NCBI GenBank assembly: GCA_963667015.2
Contig: CAXXJJ010000001.1
Span: 2,560,001-2,624,000 of the forward strand
Length of the DNA: 64,000 nucleotides
Source of the DNA: Desulfatiglandales bacterium
GTDB lineage: Bacteria; Desulfobacterota; DSM-4660; Desulfatiglandales; HGW-15
Reading direction: 5' to 3'
In this document: in pieces, positions 57,595 through 64,000 of the stretch
How the letters are laid out: every line of letters begins with the position of its first letter
How positions within the stretch are numbered: the first letter of the stretch is position 1
The notes under the pieces: generated by a model
The model's database searches: none
What the model saw: only the letters and a program-made list of their open reading frames with translations
Told to the model about the DNA's origin: nothing
Position numbers and translations under genes: made by a program

Positions 57595-57627
57595 GATACC
57601 CCGTTGCTTGAAGCGGGGTAGTTCATT
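57595..57627 (+). repeat. IS200/605-end-like palindrome related to the element nested in tnpA
   Basis: GATACCCCG..CGGGGTAGTTCA resembles the reverse complement of 42871-42907 (ATACCCCG..CGGGGATAGTCCA). Confidence 0.5.
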
Positions 57628-57650
57628 TTTACCGCGATTGCGGTGTATCC

Positions 57651-59942
57651 TCATTGAAAGCAAAATACGGTTTTTAACGGCGGCAGTCCTGTTTCCACAA
57701 AGCCGATCTCGGCATCGGTTTCAGGATCGATTAACACGATGCCGTTGTCGGTCCGGTTGCAAACCCATAGCCGCCCTTTGTTATCCAGGCTGACGCCCGC
57801 CTCCATCACTGTAATGTTTTTTCCTGACAGATAATCCAGCGCTGTAATGCTGCCGGTATCGGCCCGGCCTGCATCATTTAACCGGAAGGCGTAAAGGCTG
57901 TTGTCGTTCCAGCCTACATATCCCACGAAATACCCTTTTTGGGGTGAAACCATGACCATGCCCGAAATATTTCCCCAGGGCAGTTCATCCTCATCATTGG
58001 CCCGCTCGCCGTCATCAAGCACCAGCAGGGTTGTATATGATTCCGGTTCCACGGCCTCTATGCCGCCGGTGTCTTTACCCGAATAGCCGGTCATGGGATA
58101 GGTCCCCACGCCCTGTACATAGATGGTGTGGTTCTCGGGCAAAAACTGCATGGAAATGGGGTTTTCTATCTCCAGGGGAATGCCTTTGAGCGTTTCGCCG
58201 GTTACATCGTTTACCGTGCCGTATCCGGTATCGATTTCCGTGTCTGAATCGGTATCGAACACCGCCACATAGGCCCGGTTGGGCTGCCAGATACCGGACG
58301 AGTGGGTTCTGTCCATGCGCTGCATGACGATATAAAGCCTGCCATCGACCAGGACGCCCTGTGCCATCTCTGGTATGCCGTCCTGGTCTCCGTAAACGCT
58401 TAAATCAAGCTCTCCGGTTTTGAAAGATGTTTCATCGGTTGCCGATGGATTGACAATCCATGCCCGGGCCGAGCCATACCGGATCAGGTAGGCCTTTTGA
58501 TCACTGACAAAAACGAGGTCGTAAGGATTTGAGCTGGCACCGTCAACCGTTGCTTCAAGGGCCGAGTATTGCCAGATCGCGCTTTCCGGATCATTGATGC
58601 TGAACTTGGCCACGCTGTCATGAAGATACCGTTCAATGCGGTAGAAATGGCTCCCATGGGCGACCATGGTAATGTCTGACGTGGTGGGCAGGATATTTTT
58701 CCATACTTCGAGGGAATCCACGTCAACAATGGTGTGAGCGCCTGCTGAAAAGTCCGTTGCCGCTGTGGCAATGGCGGCGGTAAATTTTCCGGCATGGATA
58801 ACCTTGCGTGCGATACCGACACCGCCCGCGCCCATGACCCGGACCGCCACGGTATGGCGTCCTGCGCTGCTGAATGTGTGGTCCGGATCAATACCGGTCA
58901 GGGAGGCGCTGTCTCCGAAATCCCAGATATAGTCAAAAACCGCGCCATCAGCCTGCGCTTCAAAGCTGACGGTCAAAGGGACCTCGCCGTTATCCGCCGA
59001 AGTCGTCAAGGTAACCGAAGGCGGGGGAATGGCGGTTGTAAATGCATAGACACTGGTTTCCTTAAAGGCGAGTGTCCCATCCCCGGTGGCCACCGTGAGC
59101 GAGACATTGTAACTGCCGTAATCCTCAAACCGGTGCGCGGTATCTTTATCATCACTGGTCAATCCGTCATCAAAATCCCAGGTGTAGCTGTTGATCTTTC
59201 CCACAGAGAGGTTGGTAAAGGCGATATCCAAAGGAATGTACCCATAAGATACATCACAGATCAGCGCCGGAATGGCGGACGGAAAGCCATAGGATGTATC
59301 GATGTCGATATCTTCCCGGTCCAGGGTGTGGATAATCAGCACTGCCTCGTCTAGGGTCTCTGCCGTGAAATTGGATTCAAGGCTCTGCATGGCCAGCGTA
59401 AGTCCTGAATCGCGGTCTGCTGCCAGACACGCTGTGAAGGGGTCGGTTTCGATGGAAAATTGCTCTTTCAGGGTAGAGGTCACTATATCGTGAGAGAGGC
59501 CGCATTCCAGTATCTGGCTAACTGCCAGCGAGGTAATTTCATTGGCTGCGACCACATCCCCGGCGTTCCGGATCACGGTGGAGACGGCGCAGTAATTCCC
59601 ATCGGCACTGCCCACAAGGTTTAAATAAAGGGGATAGTCATGATCGATGTACAGATTTACCCGGCATTGATCGGAATCCCACTCCCAATCGCTTCCTTCA
59701 TAGAGTTCCACCACATCCGCCGGAGTCGGTCCGACAATTTCTTCCACCCGATACATGGCCGTAAAATCGGAATTGACACCGGGAACGACTGCTGCGGTAA
59801 CACCGGACCTTTCAGGCCTCTGCGGAGGATCATCGCCTTTATCGCTGCAGGCGAAGATAACCGCTGACACTATAATACAGAGCCTTAATTTTATACCGGT
59901 TTTTTTAAGAAATAAACAATGTTTCATAAGTTTGCCTGTCAC
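57651..59942 (-). CDS. Lipoprotein with two PKD domains and C-terminal beta-propeller (BtuG-like role possible)
   Basis: Lipobox IFAC; YTWDFDDG and YIWDFGD PKD motifs; NPYDLVFVS..KAY propeller blades; overlaps the TonB receptor stop. Confidence 0.75.
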   Translation of the reverse strand: MTGKLMKHCLFLKKTGIKLRLCIIVSAVIFACSDKGDDPPQRPERSGVTAAVVPGVNSDFTAMYRVEEIVGPTPADVVELYEGSDWEWDSDQCRVNLYIDHDYPLYLNLVGSADGNYCAVSTVIRNAGDVVAANEITSLAVSQILECGLSHDIVTSTLKEQFSIETDPFTACLAADRDSGLTLAMQSLESNFTAETLDEAVLIIHTLDREDIDIDTSYGFPSAIPALICDVSYGYIPLDIAFTNLSVGKINSYTWDFDDGLTSDDKDTAHRFEDYGSYNVSLTVATGDGTLAFKETSVYAFTTAIPPPSVTLTTSADNGEVPLTVSFEAQADGAVFDYIWDFGDSASLTGIDPDHTFSSAGRHTVAVRVMGAGGVGIARKVIHAGKFTAAIATAATDFSAGAHTIVDVDSLEVWKNILPTTSDITMVAHGSHFYRIERYLHDSVAKFSINDPESAIWQYSALEATVDGASSNPYDLVFVSDQKAYLIRYGSARAWIVNPSATDETSFKTGELDLSVYGDQDGIPEMAQGVLVDGRLYIVMQRMDRTHSSGIWQPNRAYVAVFDTDSDTEIDTGYGTVNDVTGETLKGIPLEIENPISMQFLPENHTIYVQGVGTYPMTGYSGKDTGGIEAVEPESYTTLLVLDDGERANDEDELPWGNISGMVMVSPQKGYFVGYVGWNDNSLYAFRLNDAGRADTGSITALDYLSGKNITVMEAGVSLDNKGRLWVCNRTDNGIVLIDPETDAEIGFVETGLPPLKTVFCFQ

Positions 59943-62023
59943 AGGTTGTAACTAACGGTTGCGTAATAGGACAGTCCGGGCATGTAATACCCGTTGAAAT
60001 CCTCATGGCGGTTATTTCCAAGATTCTTGCCATCCAGCCTGAATTGGAAATTTTTCCATGACCACGCCACACCGATGTTAAAAATTTCTTTTTCCGGCCC
60101 TTTAAGGGTGCATGCGGTGTCATAATACATGCCGCTTTCATAGATATACTCTCCATAAACCTTCCCGCCCCACCGAAAGGCTTCTATCCGCCCGGTAAAG
60201 GCGCGTTCATAGCGTCCGGCAAGATCCTTGCCGTAGAATTCATCAGTTCTGTCAAGATTAGTGGTATCCTGCCAGGTCATATTGGCGTTCAACCGGAACA
60301 TGGAAAAAAAATCAACACTCAATTGGCACTCGATTCCTTCAATTTCGGCGCCTTCCACATTAACTGATTTTCCGACCCCCCGTGCATCGTAGGTGCGGGT
60401 TATCAACTGGTCCACATCGCTTTTGAACCAGGCCGCCTCCAGTGAAACCCTGTTGAGCCATGATGTACCGAATCCATGGCTGGCGATAAATCCGACATCC
60501 TGATTTACCCCTTCTTCCGCAACGAGATCCTCGTTTCCCATGAACAGGCCGCGGTCACCGAAAAGTTCGAAAAAACCTGGTTCGCGGGTATACCTGGCCA
60601 GGTTGGATTTGATGGTCAGCCAGTTGTAAACACGGTATTTCAAGCCTATCTGGGGACTGAAATAATCTTTATGGACCTCGGAGCCTTCGAGATGGATATT
60701 CCAGTAACTATCTCCGCTCTGCAATAAATTTTCCACGTAGTAATACCGCACGGCGGGCGTCAGGCTCAGCCTTTCCTCAAACCAGTACACCGTATCTTGA
60801 ACGCCGATGGTGTAGGTGTCCCTGTGGCTGTCAAGGGGATTGCTTTCGGTGTATAGCAGGTCTTCGGGTGAATATTCTTCGTGCCTCGCATCCATCATCA
60901 GGTTCAGGCAGTGACGTTTATATAGCCATTCCATAAAAATATGGCCTCCGTAACTTATAGTCAGATACTCGTTGTGCTGTTCACCCAGGCCGATTTCACC
61001 ATGCCGGTCGTCATAGGTTTCTTTTTTCCATGTATAGTCAAGATAGGCGTTCATTCTGAAAGGTCCCGGTCTGTCCAGGATGACTTTAAAAATGCTGCTG
61101 TTCCGCCGGGTGTCAAAGGAGGCGTTACCTTCCAGATTGACCCAACTGGCAATCTGCTGATCCTTTGAAAACCATTGATTGGAAAAGTCAAGATGCAGCT
61201 CATCGGTGAGATCGTATCCCACCTTGGTCAGTATATTCTCCTGATCGAATCCGTTGTTTTTTCGTTTTTCCCAGGTATCGTCATAGGGATTGAGTTCTGT
61301 GCCCCTATTATTCAAAATCCAGAAATCGTTATCGCTGTCCAGTAGGTCCGCGGAGAACAGGTAGTCCCACTTTCCGGGTTTGTTATTGATGAAAGCGCTG
61401 AGTTGCCGGGTATTGAAAAAACCATATCCTGCGGTGATTCGCCCCGTTGCTTCCCGTTTGGTCCGCAGTGTACGGATATTCACAACCCCGCCGATGGATG
61501 CCTTCCCGAAGTTCATGGGGGTGCTTCCCCTGTAAACCTCAATTGCTTCCACGTCCGACAGGGAGATATTGCTCAGATCGACACCGCCCATGGCAGCGTC
61601 GTTCAGCAGTATACCATCCAGAAAGACCATAACCTGATCGGAGGAGGCGCCGCGCAGGGATACCGTGGAAAAACTTCCCAGCCCCCCGGATTGCCTGATC
61701 TGAATACCGACCTCTTTTTGCAGCACCTCACCAAGACTTTCAATTTTGCCTTCAAACGTGTCCCGGGCTATAAACGTGTAAAACGATGGGGTTTCTTCGA
61801 TATCGACATCACCGGTCTGGAAGGTTTGATCTTTTTTATGCGCCGTTACGACGATCGTGGGAAGTGAATATTCGCTTTTGATTTGATCGGCATGGACACG
61901 TGGCGATGCAAGAAGAACAGCAATAAGAAGCGCTGACATGCAAAAGTAACCAGACCCTATCAAACTCAAAAATCTCATCATTTTAACGAGTACCCCAGTT
62001 TTTAATTTACATAAAAACGGCAC
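59939..62023 (-). CDS. TonB-dependent receptor (BtuB-like)
   Basis: TIVVTA, GGLGSFSTVSLRGASSDQVMVFLDG, EAIEVYRG, GGVVNIRT, C-terminal PG..YYATVSYNL; start uncertain. Confidence 0.9.
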   Translation of the reverse strand: MPFLCKLKTGVLVKMMRFLSLIGSGYFCMSALLIAVLLASPRVHADQIKSEYSLPTIVVTAHKKDQTFQTGDVDIEETPSFYTFIARDTFEGKIESLGEVLQKEVGIQIRQSGGLGSFSTVSLRGASSDQVMVFLDGILLNDAAMGGVDLSNISLSDVEAIEVYRGSTPMNFGKASIGGVVNIRTLRTKREATGRITAGYGFFNTRQLSAFINNKPGKWDYLFSADLLDSDNDFWILNNRGTELNPYDDTWEKRKNNGFDQENILTKVGYDLTDELHLDFSNQWFSKDQQIASWVNLEGNASFDTRRNSSIFKVILDRPGPFRMNAYLDYTWKKETYDDRHGEIGLGEQHNEYLTISYGGHIFMEWLYKRHCLNLMMDARHEEYSPEDLLYTESNPLDSHRDTYTIGVQDTVYWFEERLSLTPAVRYYYVENLLQSGDSYWNIHLEGSEVHKDYFSPQIGLKYRVYNWLTIKSNLARYTREPGFFELFGDRGLFMGNEDLVAEEGVNQDVGFIASHGFGTSWLNRVSLEAAWFKSDVDQLITRTYDARGVGKSVNVEGAEIEGIECQLSVDFFSMFRLNANMTWQDTTNLDRTDEFYGKDLAGRYERAFTGRIEAFRWGGKVYGEYIYESGMYYDTACTLKGPEKEIFNIGVAWSWKNFQFRLDGKNLGNNRHEDFNGYYMPGLSYYATVSYNL

Positions 62024-62204
62024 CCCCCATATGCCGATTCACCACACGACGAAAGAACAATAAGCCTAATGCATTAAATAAATGATTGCTGTACCTCTTT
62101 TTAAATAAAAAAACCCGGACCGATAATAAAAATCGATCCGGGTATCCCTTTTTTACACAAGATCATTATGGTATATTCCCTTGTCCACGAGGAATATGCT
62201 TTTA

Positions 62205-62373
62205 TCATTCAGGCAGGTCTTCTGACTTATGGATCATCCTACTAACCGAGTCTTCCCATTCCGATTAATCGGAACAGTGACATGTTTCGGTTTTCGTCCC
62301 CAATTACAGCGGCGGGCCCGTCCCCGAATTAAACGGGGTTCCCTTTTAGCTCTTTTTATGAGCACCTGAACGG
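62205..62373 (-). promoter_or_regulatory. Cobalamin riboswitch (class I type)
   Basis: Near-identical to 41942..42110; terminator ~62107-62143; TTGACA at 62407-62402. Confidence 0.93.
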
Positions 62374-62595
62374 ATAATAACAATATAAAAACAGATAGAA
62401 ATGTCAAGAAAAATTATTTATATGTTTTATCCCTGTTACTTAACAGTGTGAATGTAATTATATATTCGGATATCAGTTTATTTATCAGGCATTATATTTT
62501 ATATTGACATGAAAAATGAATTTATCTATATCCCTTAAATATTAAGGGGAGATGAACTTCCCTGATTGTTATTGGATGATTTTAATTAAAATAGA

Positions 62596-62706
62596 ATGAG
62601 GAAGCCGGGTGAAAATCCCGCACTGGCCCGCAACTGTGATTCCGATGTTATGAACATCAGATAAGTCAGATACTCATGTAGCTTAATATCCTCGGGGACC
62701 GGGATA
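62596..62706 (+). promoter_or_regulatory. Compact cobalamin riboswitch (class II / AdoCbl-variant-like) upstream of thyX
   Basis: Paralog of 42523..42636; TTGACA-N17-TATATC at 62504-62532 upstream. Confidence 0.8.
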
Positions 62707-62749
62707 GGTTATAGTATATAGTTATTAAAAAATGATTAGTGCTATAATT

Positions 62750-62780
62750 AAAGACACGCCCGTGGCGTGTCTTTTTTTTT
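62750..62780 (+). terminator. Intrinsic terminator of compact riboswitch
   Basis: AAAGACACGCC-CGT-GGCGTGTC followed by T9. Confidence 0.82.
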
Positions 62781-62807
62781 GCGGAAAGAACTAAACATGG
62801 TTATACA

Positions 62808-63362
62808 ATGCGACTCGATTATCTTGAAATAAAATCAACATGGCGCGAGGTGGCGGATGCTGCCCGGACAACAGTGGGTATGGAAAAAGGCAGGGGAGAA
62901 CCAGGGCAAAAATGGCGACACCAGATGCTGCTTTCGGAACATTCTCCAATACGTCAGTTGATAGTGAAATGGAAATGGGTTGATCTGCAGTACTGGGTAA
63001 GCGTACATTTTGTAAGGCATAAAATAGGTATTGAACATTTTGTGAGCACACAGAGAAGCGACCGGACTGGGATTAACAGGGATGAACTGTCCCAGTCGCA
63101 ACTGGTTTCACATGAGTGTATAGCAAATGCTCAGGCCATAATAAATATCTCACGAAAGCGGTTATGCACCCAGGCTTCCCGGGAAACAGGCAAGGTCTGG
63201 AATGCATTATTGGTTGAGATTAAAAAAGAAATGCCCGAACTGAATGATGCCTGTGTTCCCGAATGTATATATCGTGGATTTTGCCCGGAGATGAAATCAT
63301 GCGGCTACTGCAATTCGGATGAATATAAAGAAAAGCTGTGGAACTACAGGGGCACGAACTGA
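62808..63362 (+). CDS. thyX: FAD-dependent thymidylate synthase (short ThyX/Thy1-like)
   Basis: AARTT, SEHSPIR, HFVRHK..STQRSDR (RHx7-S/Q-R-like), R.C.QAS.E, VPECIYRGFCPE..SCG. Confidence 0.7.
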   Translation: MRLDYLEIKSTWREVADAARTTVGMEKGRGEPGQKWRHQMLLSEHSPIRQLIVKWKWVDLQYWVSVHFVRHKIGIEHFVSTQRSDRTGINRDELSQSQLVSHECIANAQAIINISRKRLCTQASRETGKVWNALLVEIKKEMPELNDACVPECIYRGFCPEMKSCGYCNSDEYKEKLWNYRGTN

Positions 63363-63394
63363 GAGCTGAAATCCTGTATTCAAAGGAGATTAAT

Positions 63395-64000
63395 ATGAAA
63401 TCGATTCTTTCAGAACTTAATAAAGGAAATATACTGGTCTCGGACGGGGCATGGGGTACAGAGCTTCATAAACATGGGCTGAAACCCGGAGAGTGTCCCG
63501 AATACTGGAATTTAACTCACTTTTCTGAAGTACTTGATGTTGCTAAAGGATACATAGATGCAGGTGCTGATATAATATTAACCAACAGCTTTGGTGCCAG
63601 TCCGATTAAACTAGCTCATTACAGGCTGGAGTCCTTAACCGTTGATTTGAATAAAATCGCGGCAAGAATTTCGAGAGAAGCTGCCGGAAATAATAATTTT
63701 GTCATGGGCTCAATAGGTCCCACAGGAGTAATGCTGGCTGCAGGTGATGTCTCGGAAAAAGAAATATATGACGGATTCTGCTTGCAGACAAAGGCCCTGG
63801 CTAAAGGCGGAGCAGACGCACTATGTATTGAAACAATGGTTGATCCTGTTGAAGCCGGCCTTGCCATAAAGGCTGCCCGGGAAACAACAGATTGTGAAAT
63901 TGCCTGCACATTCACATTCGGAAAATCACCATCAGGAAAATACCACACAATGATGGGTCTATCCATTGATGAAGCAATGAAAACAGCCATTGAGGCAGGT
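63395..64000 (+). CDS. Homocysteine S-methyltransferase family protein (MetH N-terminal-domain type), partial
   Basis: Manual translation after RBS AAAGGAG: LVSDGAWGTEL..GECPEYWN..YIDAGADIILTNSFGAS..GSIGPTG..GADALCIETM..TMMG; runs off the window. Confidence 0.88.
   Translation, partial: MKSILSELNKGNILVSDGAWGTELHKHGLKPGECPEYWNLTHFSEVLDVAKGYIDAGADIILTNSFGASPIKLAHYRLESLTVDLNKIAARISREAAGNNNFVMGSIGPTGVMLAAGDVSEKEIYDGFCLQTKALAKGGADALCIETMVDPVEAGLAIKAARETTDCEIACTFTFGKSPSGKYHTMMGLSIDEAMKTAIEAG

Noticed and set aside
62808..63362. Prophage signalled by a short phage-like thyX
   Set aside because: No integrase, structural or replication phage genes in the window

Overview
A 64-kb cobalamin (B12) regulon island from an anaerobic Gram-negative bacterium; gene content and the CFI-box protein tails suggest Desulfobacterota/deltaproteobacteria (inference). 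I can read ten cobalamin riboswitches: eight long class-I-type (three of them in a tandem array with a 300-bp period) and two compact class-II-type. They precede: (i) an anaerobic ribonucleotide reductase operon that also has tandem NrdR-like boxes; (ii) two paralogous modules of DUF4198-like anchored protein + membrane 4Fe-4S protein + double-cubane-type (2-hydroxyacyl-CoA dehydratase family) reductase + ATP-dependent activator; (iii) a ~22-kb minus-strand run with two CobN-like chelatase subunits (no CobS/T in the window), TonB-dependent receptors and an ABC importer; (iv) a more GC-rich ~19-kb block with btuFDC (btuF frameshifted, IS200 inserted upstream) and surface proteins, including a ~2550-aa apparent two-gene fusion with cohesin-like, dockerin-like and LRR domains; (v) thyX plus a homocysteine methyltransferase. 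The best candidate for an undescribed system is a B12-regulated import plus reductive metal/tetrapyrrole-processing machine (orphan CobN + ATP-driven low-potential reductase). All family calls come from motif recognition by eye; no searches were run.
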